Assembly: GCA_938014945.1 (NCBI GenBank)
Contig: CALLQH010000080.1
Location: 1 to 56,577 of the forward strand
From: an uncultured bacterium
Lineage (GTDB): Bacteria; Pseudomonadota; Alphaproteobacteria; SP197
DNA: 56,577 bases
Reading direction: 5' to 3'
The notes under the pieces were generated by a model. It saw only the letters and a list, made by a program, of their open reading frames with translations, was not told where the DNA came from and did no database searches. Shown piece by piece: positions 44,274-53,261 of this stretch (position 1 is the first letter of the stretch; every line of letters starts with the position of its first letter). A program made the position numbers and the translations under genes.

Positions 44274-46334
44274 TCAATGCAGCGCCGTCGCCACGCCGTC
44301 GCGCGGCACGGCAGCCCGGTCATGCTCGTTCATGTCGAATTCGCGTGCGAAACGGTGGCCGGCATAGACGGCATGGGCGATCAGCCCCGGCGCCTCGCAG
44401 TCGCCGATACGCACGATGGCCGGTCCCTCGCCTGCCGCGACCCGCGGGTGGGCCATCAGGTCATGGTAGAGACGGTCCTGGGGCAGCCGCGCCGTGACGA
44501 GGAGCAAGGCTTCGGCGGCAACCTTCCGCTCCCGGCCGGTATAGCCGCAGCGCAGGAGCGCATTCTGCCCGTCGAAGGCGGCGAGGCCATGGGCCGTCAC
44601 AAGCTCCACCCCCGCCTCCATCAGGCGGCGCTGGGATCGATACTGTTCGACGGTCGCGCTGGCCCAGCCCGCAATGCGATCGGCCGGTGTCGCGAACACC
44701 AGCTCGATGCCGGCAGCAACCAGGCGCTCCGCCAGCACCGGACCCATGTAGACATGATCGTCGTCGAACAGCAGGACTCGTCCCCGGGGCAGACGCCCCG
44801 CCATGATGTCGTCGGGCGTGAAGACGCGGTCAGCCGGCAGGCCGTCCAGAGGAGAAGTGCGTGAGCGGCTGAAACCATCGCCCCGCCAGCGGGCACCGGT
44901 CGCGATCACCACATGGTCGGCACCGAACGCGAGCACGTCGTCGGGCTCGAGCGCACTCTCGCGAAAGACCTCGACATTGGTCATGGCCTCGATGCGCGAT
45001 ACCCGATGGTCGCGCACGCGGATCCATTCGCCCAGACCGGGCAGTGACGCTTCCCGGGCGACACGGCCGCCGAGTTCGCGGCCGGCCTCGGCGAGCGTCA
45101 CCTCGCAGCCGCGCCGGCCCAGGGCTTCCGCCGCCTCCAGTCCGGCAGGGCCCGCACCCACGACCAGAACACGGGTCGGACGGGCGACCTGCGGAATGAT
45201 CTCGGGGTGCCAGCCGCGCCGCCATTCCTCACCCATGGTCGGGTTCTGCGTGCAGCGGATCGGCACGCCCTTGGCATCGCCCGAGTAGCAGACGTTGCAG
45301 CCGATGCACTCCCGGATGTCCTCGGGCCGCCCCTCTGCGATCTTCCGGGGCAGGAAGGGATCGGCGATCGAAGGGCGCGCCGCACCGATAAGGTCGACGA
45401 TGCCGCGGCGCACCTGGCTCGCCATGGTGTCGGGAGAGGTGAAGCGCCCGACCGTCACCACCGGCTTGCTCGTCTCCGACTTCACGAAGGCCATGTAGGG
45501 CTCCAGCGCGCCTTCCTTGACGTAGCGGGAGGTACCCATCTCGTAGGAATAGTCGGCGATGTTGATGTCCCAGAGATCGGGCAGTTCGGCCAGCATGCCG
45601 AACATGTCGCGCAACGCGCCATGGACCGGCTTGCCGTCGCCGCCTCCGCCGTCGTCGATGGAGAAGCGAACGGCAACGGCACAGGTCTCGCCCACCGCGT
45701 CCCGTGTGTCCTCGATCACCTCGCGGACCAGCCGCACACGGTTCTCGAGGCTGCCGCCGTAGTCATCGGTCCGCCGGTTGGTCGCGGACGAAAGGAAGTT
45801 CGCCAGCATGTAGCCGTGGGTGGCATAGACGTAGACGATGTCGAAGCCTGCCGAGCGCGCACGCAGCGCGGCGTCCCGGTGCCAGCGGCGGAACTCGCGG
45901 ATGTCGGCCTTGTCCATGGCCCGCGTGGCGAAGGGCTCGCCGTTGAGCGCCGGAATGCTGGCGACGTCGCGGGGTACGTCGCGTGTCAGCCCGTTCACCG
46001 AACGCGCGCCGCCGTACCAGAGCTCCGCCCCGGCAAGCGCGCCGTGCGCGTGGATATTCTCGGTGGCCAGCGCATTGGCGGCGATGTCGCTGTCGTCCCA
46101 CAGGCTGGCGGAGGGGAACGGCACGTCGTCGGAAGACGGATGGATGGAGCAGTATTCGGTGCAGACCACGCCCCAGCCCCCTTCCGCCTTGACCCCGCGC
46201 ATGGCGGCCAGGGTGCGCGGCCGCTGCCAGCCCATGCCGGTGCAGTGCGGCACCTGGTAGAAACGGTTGGGTGCGGTGACCGGGCCGATCTGCAGCGGCT
46301 CGAACAGGATGTCGTAGCGGGGATCGCGCGGCAT
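44274..46334 (-). CDS. Trimethylamine / dimethylamine / histamine dehydrogenase-family flavoprotein (FMN + 4Fe-4S + ADP-binding)
   Basis: RFYQVPHCTGMG carries the Cys at the 6-S-cysteinyl-FMN position. CIGCNVCYSGDAKGVPIRC is a C-x2-C-x2-C-x11-C motif. VLVVGAGPAGLEAAEAL is a Rossmann motif. Confidence 0.85.
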   Translation of the reverse strand: MPRDPRYDILFEPLQIGPVTAPNRFYQVPHCTGMGWQRPRTLAAMRGVKAEGGWGVVCTEYCSIHPSSDDVPFPSASLWDDSDIAANALATENIHAHGALAGAELWYGGARSVNGLTRDVPRDVASIPALNGEPFATRAMDKADIREFRRWHRDAALRARSAGFDIVYVYATHGYMLANFLSSATNRRTDDYGGSLENRVRLVREVIEDTRDAVGETCAVAVRFSIDDGGGGDGKPVHGALRDMFGMLAELPDLWDINIADYSYEMGTSRYVKEGALEPYMAFVKSETSKPVVTVGRFTSPDTMASQVRRGIVDLIGAARPSIADPFLPRKIAEGRPEDIRECIGCNVCYSGDAKGVPIRCTQNPTMGEEWRRGWHPEIIPQVARPTRVLVVGAGPAGLEAAEALGRRGCEVTLAEAGRELGGRVAREASLPGLGEWIRVRDHRVSRIEAMTNVEVFRESALEPDDVLAFGADHVVIATGARWRGDGFSRSRTSPLDGLPADRVFTPDDIMAGRLPRGRVLLFDDDHVYMGPVLAERLVAAGIELVFATPADRIAGWASATVEQYRSQRRLMEAGVELVTAHGLAAFDGQNALLRCGYTGRERKVAAEALLLVTARLPQDRLYHDLMAHPRVAAGEGPAIVRIGDCEAPGLIAHAVYAGHRFAREFDMNEHDRAAVPRDGVATALH

Positions 46335-46344
46335 GGTGATGACC

Positions 46345-46986
46345 TCAGGCGTCACAGAATCGTTCGGGAAAGGCAGAGGCAAGAAAAGCCCTGACAGCCT
46401 CCATCGCGCGCAGCGCGTGCCGGGGATCGGGGTCGGAGAGCTGCTGCGACCAGAAACCGAAGAGCATGGCATCGAGCCCCTTGGCCAGGGCGGGGACACG
46501 GGCCTCCTGCCCGCCGCGCGCAAGCTGGCGCAGCAGGCTGTCGAGATCGTTGCGATAGCTGCGGTCACGGGGGGTGCCCAGGGAATGGTAGAGGCGGCTG
46601 CAGCCGGCATCGCCCCACACCGCATGCCACACCGCCACGACATTCCTGTTCCTGCCAACAAAGCCGATGTCGTGCTCGAACAACGCCATCAGCCGCTCTT
46701 CCACGGAACGCCCGGGGTCGGCGAGGATGGCATGCCAGCCCTCCGCATAGAGCGCACCCATGTGCTCCAGCACGGCGACCAGAAGGCCGTCCTTGGAACC
46801 GAAATGGAAGAGCAGCAGAGGCTTGGACACTCCGGCGCGGCGGGCGACGGCGTCTAGGGTCGCTCCGGCGAGCCCCTGTTCGGCGATCCCGTCGATGGCA
46901 GCCTCGATGATGGCGCGACGGCTCGCCTCTCCGCGCGCCTTGCGCCCGTCGCCGTCCTGCGCGTCTGCGACCGCCTCCAGCGCCAA
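46345..46986 (-). CDS. TetR-family transcriptional regulator
   Basis: HTH region SRRAIIEAAIDGIAEQGLAGATLDAVARRAGVSKPLLLFHFGSKDGLL. The TTG start at 46986 lies 5 nt after GGGAGGG. Confidence 0.85.
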   Translation of the reverse strand: MALEAVADAQDGDGRKARGEASRRAIIEAAIDGIAEQGLAGATLDAVARRAGVSKPLLLFHFGSKDGLLVAVLEHMGALYAEGWHAILADPGRSVEERLMALFEHDIGFVGRNRNVVAVWHAVWGDAGCSRLYHSLGTPRDRSYRNDLDSLLRQLARGGQEARVPALAKGLDAMLFGFWSQQLSDPDPRHALRAMEAVRAFLASAFPERFCDA

Positions 46987-47000
46987 CGTAACCCTCCCGG

Positions 47001-47024
47001 GTATCTGACCATGCGGTCAGATAC
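47001..47024. promoter_or_regulatory. Perfect palindrome, candidate TetR operator
   Basis: GTATCTGACC-ATGC-GGTCAGATAC has 10-bp arms. It lies 14 nt upstream of the TetR start codon and overlaps the predicted -10 element. Confidence 0.6.
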
Positions 47025-47049
47025 TATGGCGGCATGCGCACACCATCAA
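47021..47049 (-). promoter_or_regulatory. Sigma-70-like promoter for the TetR / dehydrogenase operon
   Basis: The minus strand reads TTGATG-(17 nt)-TAGTAT. The last 4 nt of the -10 are the first 4 nt of the palindrome. Confidence 0.45.
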
Positions 47050-47067
47050 TGCCGACCGGAAATGCCA

Positions 47068-47095
47068 GGGGCCGTTCCCTTTCGGAAACGGCCCC
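47068..47095 (-). terminator. Stem-loop downstream of the class II aldolase gene
   Basis: ggggccgtt-(10 nt)-aacggcccc forms a 9-bp stem about 40 nt past the stop at 47135. The following T-tract is weak. Confidence 0.45.
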
Positions 47096-47134
47096 TGCCC
47101 CCTCGCGCGGATGCCCCCCGCAACCTCGGTAAAA

Positions 47135-47893
47135 TCAGGTCTTGTAGCTGGGATCGGCCTTGTCGAGCTGGCGCAACACGGCCTGCCAGGCGGCATTGTC
47201 GCTGTTCCACTCGGAAAGATCGACCGCGTTCGTGCGCGCCACGGCTTCCTTGCTGGGCATGACGATCTCGGTGTTGGCGCTCATGACGTCGACCTGGACC
47301 TTGCAGGCCATTTCCAGATTGTAGAGGCGCAGGAAGGCCTCGCCCGCCGAACCGCCGCAGGTGAGCAGGCCGTGGTTGTAGAGGATCATGTCGCGGTTGC
47401 TGGGGCCGAGGTCGGCGACCAGCTTGTCGCACTCGTCCTGGCCGGCGGTCTGCAGATCCCAGTCGTGGTAGGAGACCTTGTCGCAGACGAACATCGCCTG
47501 CTGGGTCAGCGGCAGGAGGCCGCACTTCATGCAGGAGACGGCCATGCCGGCGCGGCTGTGGGTATGGGCGACGAAATCGACGTCCGGGCGCGCCTTGAGC
47601 ACCGCGTGATGGATCGCGTGGCCGGCATCGTTCACCGGGAAGTCGCCGCGCACCACGTTGCCGTCGTAGTCCATGACGATGAGGTTCGAGGCGGTGATCT
47701 CGTCGAACATCAGCCCATAGGGGTTGATGAGGTAATGACCGGGCTCGTCAGGCAGGCGGGCCGAGCAATGGGTGTAGATCAGGTCGGTCCAGCCGTAACG
47801 GACAAAGGCGCGGTACATCGCGGCGAGATCGCAGCGGATGTCCCATTCCTGGGGGCTGATCTCGGCCGGGCGAAGCTTGGCGGTCATGGCCAT
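47135..47893 (-). CDS. Class II aldolase/adducin-domain protein
   Basis: Motif VNDAGHAIHHAVLKARPDVDFVAHTHS...LYNHGLLTCG. The start is at 47893 (MAMTAKL) or 47887. Confidence 0.85.
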   Translation of the reverse strand: MAMTAKLRPAEISPQEWDIRCDLAAMYRAFVRYGWTDLIYTHCSARLPDEPGHYLINPYGLMFDEITASNLIVMDYDGNVVRGDFPVNDAGHAIHHAVLKARPDVDFVAHTHSRAGMAVSCMKCGLLPLTQQAMFVCDKVSYHDWDLQTAGQDECDKLVADLGPSNRDMILYNHGLLTCGGSAGEAFLRLYNLEMACKVQVDVMSANTEIVMPSKEAVARTNAVDLSEWNSDNAAWQAVLRQLDKADPSYKT

Positions 47894-48002
47894 CGGTGAA
47901 CGGGCTCCTCTTATTGGAGGACGGCGCTTGTGCCCGCCCTCTGGTCGCTGGGGTCGAATCGGGTGACTGTAACATGACCTGACAAGATGAAGGGAGATCG
48001 GA

Positions 48003-49007
48003 ATGACGCTTCTGGTGACCGGCGGGACCGGCCTGGTGATGAGCAATGTCATCCTGCACTGGCTTCTGGACGATCCCGACGCCCGCGTCATCAGCATCGA
48101 TCTCGGACCGCCCGACCCGGTCGCGCGGAAGTTCTTCGCACCCGTCATCGAGCGCATCGACTTCGTGTCGACGGATCTGCGCGACCCCATAGCCCTCGAC
48201 AGCCTGATCGACCGCGGCATCACCCGCATCGCCCACGGTGCGGCAATCACCCCGGGCGTCGGTCCCCGCGAGAAGGCGCACGCGGCGCTGACCGTGGGCG
48301 TCAACGTGATGGGCACGGTTCATGTTCTGGAACTGGCACGCAGACTTCCCGGCCTGCAGCGCCTGATCCATGTCAGCACCGGCAGCGTCTATGGCGACGA
48401 CGGCCCCGGCAACGGCGCGCCGCTGCCCGAGGAGGGTTATGTCGAACCCTTTCCCGGCAATCTCTACGCCATCAGCAAGCTCACCGGCGAACTGGTCGCG
48501 CGGCGCTTCGCCACCCTGTTCGAACTGCCGCTCGCCATGGTGCGGCTGGCGAGCGTCTATGGCCCCATGGACCGCGACACCCCGGGACGGGTGGTGAAAT
48601 GCGCGGCCAACGTGATGATGCACAAGGCGGTGGCGCGGCAGCCCTGGACCGTGGCGGGCGGGACATCCGTGGGCGACTGGATTCACTCGGGCGATGTCGG
48701 GCGCGCCATCTGCGCCCTGCTGCGCGCGCCTGCCCTCAACCACGAAATGTACAACATCGCCTATGGCGAGGCCGTCAGCCTGACGGACCTCTCCGAACGT
48801 GTGGCCGCTGTGGTGCCGGGCAGCCGGTGGTCGCTCACGGATGATGCCGCCGGCGCCGATGTCAGCGGCAATCCGGCGCGGCTGAGCGGCGCCTGGGGCG
48901 CCTACGACACCAGCCGCCTGCGCACCGACACCCCCTGGCGCCCACGTCCCCTGGAGGAGGCCCTGGCCGATTATGCCGCCTGGCTGGCGGAATTCGGATC
49001 AGTCTGA
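48003..49007 (+). CDS. NAD-dependent epimerase/dehydratase (extended SDR)
   Basis: Motifs MTLLVTGGTGLVMSNV and YAISKLTGE (YxxxK). Confidence 0.85.
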   Translation: MTLLVTGGTGLVMSNVILHWLLDDPDARVISIDLGPPDPVARKFFAPVIERIDFVSTDLRDPIALDSLIDRGITRIAHGAAITPGVGPREKAHAALTVGVNVMGTVHVLELARRLPGLQRLIHVSTGSVYGDDGPGNGAPLPEEGYVEPFPGNLYAISKLTGELVARRFATLFELPLAMVRLASVYGPMDRDTPGRVVKCAANVMMHKAVARQPWTVAGGTSVGDWIHSGDVGRAICALLRAPALNHEMYNIAYGEAVSLTDLSERVAAVVPGSRWSLTDDAAGADVSGNPARLSGAWGAYDTSRLRTDTPWRPRPLEEALADYAAWLAEFGSV

Positions 49008-49493
49008 ATTGCAGATCGCCAGGACACGCGGATCGCGGGTGCGCAACACGCTGAACTCGGTGGCGGGACGGCGCAGTTCGTCATAGAGCGCCTCGGCGAG
49101 GCGTCGGCGCCAGTCTTCGGGGTTCTCCGCGTAGAGCCTCAGGGCAAAGGCCCGCCCCATGCGATTGTTGATCAGATCATGCTCGCGCTCGACGCAGCCG
49201 TTCTGCTCGACCAGTTCGACGACATGGCCTGCCAGGGAGGCCAGGGCATCGCCGAACAGCACCGCCATGACACCTGAGGCATAGCTGTGCTCGAAGGCAT
49301 CGTAGCGGGCGGATACGCCCTTCGCCGAGCCTGCCTGCGCTTCCATACGGGCAAACATGGTGCCGGTGGTGATGCTGAAGCCGAGGACGACGATCACCGG
49401 CGCCATCAGCAGGATGGCAAGGCAGGCGGCGTAGACGCCGCGGCGGCGTCTGCGCTGTTGCGCCGCCGTGATCTCTGTCTGATCCTGCGTCAC
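48999..49493 (-). CDS. Hypothetical membrane-anchored protein
   Basis: GTG start after GGGAGAG. The sequence has an RRRRR segment followed by the TM helix VYAACLAILLMAPVIVVLGF. I recognised no family. The start is uncertain. Confidence 0.4.
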   Translation of the reverse strand: MTQDQTEITAAQQRRRRRGVYAACLAILLMAPVIVVLGFSITTGTMFARMEAQAGSAKGVSARYDAFEHSYASGVMAVLFGDALASLAGHVVELVEQNGCVEREHDLINNRMGRAFALRLYAENPEDWRRRLAEALYDELRRPATEFSVLRTRDPRVLAICNSD

Positions 49494-49606
49494 CGATCTC
49501 TCCCGTCCGCCGGGTTTGCCATCATGATCACAATCAGGGTCTTCTTGCGGCACCTGCCCGCACTTCCGGGTCACGGCGCCTTGCGCGCACCAATCGGAGC
49601 GCGGGG

Positions 49607-51073
49607 ATGAAACGGCTGGCTCATGCGCCGCAAAGGAGCGGCAGTTTCCTCTTCGACGGTCGGCGGGTGCCGTTCCACGAGAACGACACGCTCGCCGCAG
49701 CGCTCCACGCACAGGCGATACGCACCCTGGCCCGTTCGCGCAAGTTCCATCGTCCCCGCGGCCTTTCAGGCAGCTTCATTGCCGGACACCTGTGCGGCGT
49801 CGACGGCAGCCCACATGTCCGCCTCGACCGCACTGCCGCGGTGCCGGGCATGCGCGTGACCAGCGAGAACGTCTGGCCCAACGGCGGCTTCGACCTGCTG
49901 CGCGCCGCACGCCTGCTGCCTCGCCACTGGCTGCGCGCCGGATTCGAACACACCCGGCTGTTGCCGTCGGGCACGGCAGGCTTCGAGATGTGGGAGCGTT
50001 TCATGCGCTTCATGGCGGGTGAAGCCCCCGTCCATGCGGGCAGCAGCCGGCCGATCCCGGAAGGCCGGCGGATGACGCCGGATGTGGCGGTGGTCGGTGG
50101 CGGCCCGGCCGGACGTGCTGCGGCCAACGCGGCGGCGGCCCGGGGGCGCAGTGTCGCCCTGGTGACGCGCGGCCTTACTGCCGGCGACCAGGCGCGCGAC
50201 TGGGGCGTCGATCTTTTGCCGCTCGATCCGCGCATCACGGTGCTGGCGCGTCATGAGGCCTGCGGTCTCTACGATCGCGGGCGCCACCTGCTGTGCGCGC
50301 CGCACGATGCCGCGCAGGGCGCGACCATTCTGGCGGCAGGCGAGGTGATCCTGGCGACGGGGCGGCGTTCCGTGCCCCCTCTGGTGGCGGGCGCCGACCT
50401 GCCGGGCGTGATGGATGCCGCCACGGCCCTGGCGCTCGCCCATCGGCACGGCGTCGCGCCGGGCGAACGGGTCGCCGTGGTGGGCAGCGGTGCCGAGGCC
50501 ATGCTCGCCGCGCGACTGGAAGCGCTGGGCGTGGAGATCGTCGCCTGCCTTCCGGCCGAGCGTCTGGAGCGGATCGCCGGCTGGAGTGCCGTGAGCGGCA
50601 TCGACGCAGGCGGCCATGTCGCCTGCGACTGTGTCGTCCACGCCGGACCCTGGCGCGCCGACCGGCGGCTTGCCTTCATGGCCGGGGCCGACGGCGACCT
50701 GCGGGTTCTGCGCGGCGACCTGCCCGCCATCGTGCATCTGGCCGGATCGGCGCAGGAGGAGGACCAACCGGTCTGCCATGGCGTGTCCCTCGACCGACGG
50801 GCGCTGGCCTGCCCCTGCATGGATGTCACGGTCGACGAACTGCTCGATCTGATCGCGGCGGGCGAGACCCATGTCGAGGTGCTCAAGCGCCTGACCGGCT
50901 GCGGCATGGGGCCCTGCCAGGGCATCCCCTGCTGGGACAACCTCGCCCACATCGTTGCGCACGCCACGGGCCGCAGTGCCGAGGAGGTCGGCCATCCGAC
51001 CTACCGGCCGCCGGGCGCGGGCCTGACGCTTTCCCAGGCCGCGGGCCTGCAGGGCCTGGTGCCGCTGTCATGA
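49607..51073 (+). CDS. FAD-dependent oxidoreductase, opine oxidase subunit A / HcnB / sarcosine-oxidase-alpha-N-like
   Basis: N-terminal Fer2_4-like segment (FLFDGRRVPFHENDTLAAAL), FAD motif DVAVVGGGPAGRAAA, and a C-terminal BFD-like 2Fe-2S motif CPCMDVTVDE...CGMGPCQGIPC. Confidence 0.75.
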   Translation: MKRLAHAPQRSGSFLFDGRRVPFHENDTLAAALHAQAIRTLARSRKFHRPRGLSGSFIAGHLCGVDGSPHVRLDRTAAVPGMRVTSENVWPNGGFDLLRAARLLPRHWLRAGFEHTRLLPSGTAGFEMWERFMRFMAGEAPVHAGSSRPIPEGRRMTPDVAVVGGGPAGRAAANAAAARGRSVALVTRGLTAGDQARDWGVDLLPLDPRITVLARHEACGLYDRGRHLLCAPHDAAQGATILAAGEVILATGRRSVPPLVAGADLPGVMDAATALALAHRHGVAPGERVAVVGSGAEAMLAARLEALGVEIVACLPAERLERIAGWSAVSGIDAGGHVACDCVVHAGPWRADRRLAFMAGADGDLRVLRGDLPAIVHLAGSAQEEDQPVCHGVSLDRRALACPCMDVTVDELLDLIAAGETHVEVLKRLTGCGMGPCQGIPCWDNLAHIVAHATGRSAEEVGHPTYRPPGAGLTLSQAAGLQGLVPLS

Positions 51074-52224
51074 ACGCGCTTCCGCAACGGGCGTCCACGG
51101 TGATCGTGGGCGGCGGCATCCAGGGCCTGATGCTGGCATTCTGCCTCGCCGAGCGGGGCAGCCGCGACACCGTGGTGCTGGATGCCGGCTACTGGCAGGG
51201 CGGTGCCTCCGGGCGCAACGGCACCATGGTGCGCGGCGGCTTCGCGAGCACCGAATGGACGCGTTTCTTCGGCCGCTCGCTGGAACTGTGGATCGGCCTG
51301 TCGCGACGCCTGGGGGAAAACGTCATGTTCACCCGCCGCGGCTACGCAATCCTCGCCGAGAGCGACGCCATGGACGGGCTGCTCGACACCATGACCGCGA
51401 CCCACCGGCAGTGCGGCCTGCAATCACGCCGCCTGGCCGCCAGCCAGATCGTCGATGTGCTGCCCCATGCCGACCATGCCCGCATCCGCGGCGCGCTCTA
51501 CTTCGACCACGGCGGCATCGCACCGCACCATGCGGTGATGAAGGGCCTGCGCAAGGCCTGTACGGATCGCGGCGTGAAGCTGTTCTACGGCACACCCGTG
51601 ACCGGCTTCGAGACGAGCAACGGACGCCTGGCGGGCGTGCTGTGCGGCGAGCACAGGATTGCCGCCGACGCGACGGTGATCTGCTGCGGCGCGCAGAACA
51701 CGCGCGTCGCCGCGCTGGCCGGGCTCGAACTCAACGGCGAGGCCCATCGCATCGAGGCCATGGCGACCGAGCCCATGCGGCCCGTGATCGGGCCCGGCAT
51801 CGCGCTGCCGGAACGGTTCACCTACCTGCACCAGACGGCGCGCGGCGAGATCGTGGGCGGTTCCGAGACCCCGGGCGAAACGCCCAGGGAATCGCTCGCC
51901 AACACGGTGCCGATCATGGCCGCCTTCGCGCGACACCTGGTGGAGATGTTTCCCTGCCTTGGCGACCTGCGCATCCTGCGTCACTGGACGGGCATGCTGC
52001 ATGTCACCGACGACCACGCCCCGATGATGGGACCGCACCCGGACATTGCCGATCTCTGGATCAGCGGCGGCTGGATGTACGGCATCGCGGGCGCACCCGC
52101 AGCGGGCGACATGCTCGCCCAGGCCATCGTCAGCGGCGTCACCGATGACCGCATGGCGCCGTTTGCCGTCGACCGCTTCCGGCGCGGCGCACTTATCACC
52201 GAAGGTTCGACCGTCAACGTCTGA
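51070..52224 (+). CDS. FAD-dependent oxidoreductase (DAO family; opine oxidase subunit B / HcnC / sarcosine oxidase beta-like)
   Basis: Motifs VIVGGGIQGLMLAFCLAERG and GGASGRNG. ATGA overlap with the upstream gene. Confidence 0.8.
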   Translation: MNALPQRASTVIVGGGIQGLMLAFCLAERGSRDTVVLDAGYWQGGASGRNGTMVRGGFASTEWTRFFGRSLELWIGLSRRLGENVMFTRRGYAILAESDAMDGLLDTMTATHRQCGLQSRRLAASQIVDVLPHADHARIRGALYFDHGGIAPHHAVMKGLRKACTDRGVKLFYGTPVTGFETSNGRLAGVLCGEHRIAADATVICCGAQNTRVAALAGLELNGEAHRIEAMATEPMRPVIGPGIALPERFTYLHQTARGEIVGGSETPGETPRESLANTVPIMAAFARHLVEMFPCLGDLRILRHWTGMLHVTDDHAPMMGPHPDIADLWISGGWMYGIAGAPAAGDMLAQAIVSGVTDDRMAPFAVDRFRRGALITEGSTVNV

Positions 52225-52227
52225 AGG

Positions 52228-53088
52228 TCAGTCGCCGGCCTGGCACAGTTCCAGATCGTCGTCGCAGGCGTCCCAGACCTCTGCCGCCGTGCTGTTGCAG
52301 GTGCGGCTGCAACTGGCCTGGCAGGCATTGCACTGCTCGTAGCTGCCGCCGCTGCAGGCCAGCGCGCAGGCATTGGTGGAACAGGCGGCATTGCAGGCCG
52401 CTGAGTACTGCTCGGCATCGGCCCGGCAGGCATCGAAGGCTTCCTCGCAGGAAAGCAGCAGCGCGGGCAACTCGGCCGCGACGGGCTGGGGACCGCAGGG
52501 CACCTCGGGTTGCCAGCCGACGACGGCGGCATAGGCATCGACGATGATCCCCACCCGGTTGCCCTGGTTTGCTTCACACAACCGCACCAGAAGCGGTTCC
52601 ACGGGATGGCCGAACTCGGCCATGAAGCGCGAGGCCCAGGCATCGGCAGCGGCGGTATCCTCCCGGCTGTAGCGCACCCCGGCCCGCCACGCGGCAACGT
52701 CCATGGCCGAACCGGGCTCGGCCAGCGTGACATGGTCCTGCAGCTGATGGGCCCAGCCATCGGCCAGCCCGAAGGCAAGGATGCCGGGCGGCGCCGTGAA
52801 CCATTCGAGATCGACGGGCACCTGGCCGGGCTGGAGGCCCTCTGCCATGTCGGGCGCCACCGGAGCGACCGGCAGGAAACTGCCGCTGTAGCCGGCAAGC
52901 TGCGAGGCGATGCGGATCAGCGCAAGATCGGGTTCACCGCCTGCAGGAAGCCGCGTCCAGGCTTCCTTCCATTCGGGCGTGCGCAGGTTCCACACCGCAT
53001 CCTGTGCGACGACAGGCACGCTGAAGCCGCCGGCCAGGACGGCCAGCAGGACAAGGGCAGCAATCCGGCATCGCAGGATCGTGGACAC
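52228..53088 (-). CDS. Secreted hypothetical protein with cysteine-ladder C-terminus
   Basis: Signal peptide MSTILRCRIAALVLLAVLAGGFSVPVVAQD. The C-terminal ~80 aa read SCEEAFDACRADAEQYSAACNAACSTNACALACSGGSYEQCNACQASCSRTCNSTAAEVWDACDDDLELC. Confidence 0.6.
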   Translation of the reverse strand: MSTILRCRIAALVLLAVLAGGFSVPVVAQDAVWNLRTPEWKEAWTRLPAGGEPDLALIRIASQLAGYSGSFLPVAPVAPDMAEGLQPGQVPVDLEWFTAPPGILAFGLADGWAHQLQDHVTLAEPGSAMDVAAWRAGVRYSREDTAAADAWASRFMAEFGHPVEPLLVRLCEANQGNRVGIIVDAYAAVVGWQPEVPCGPQPVAAELPALLLSCEEAFDACRADAEQYSAACNAACSTNACALACSGGSYEQCNACQASCSRTCNSTAAEVWDACDDDLELCQAGD

Positions 53089-53261
53089 ACGCGCTCCTCC
53101 AGGCCGGCCGCAGCCGGCAAGGAATCAGCCTAGCGCTCCGGCGTCCCGTTGGCGAAGTGACGCCTGTCACCTCTCGTCCCGGTACAGAATCCACCGGTGG
53201 CCATGGCGGGCCGGCGGGGTTTGTGGCTATGCTCCGCGGCCTGTCATGACAAAGGACGACC

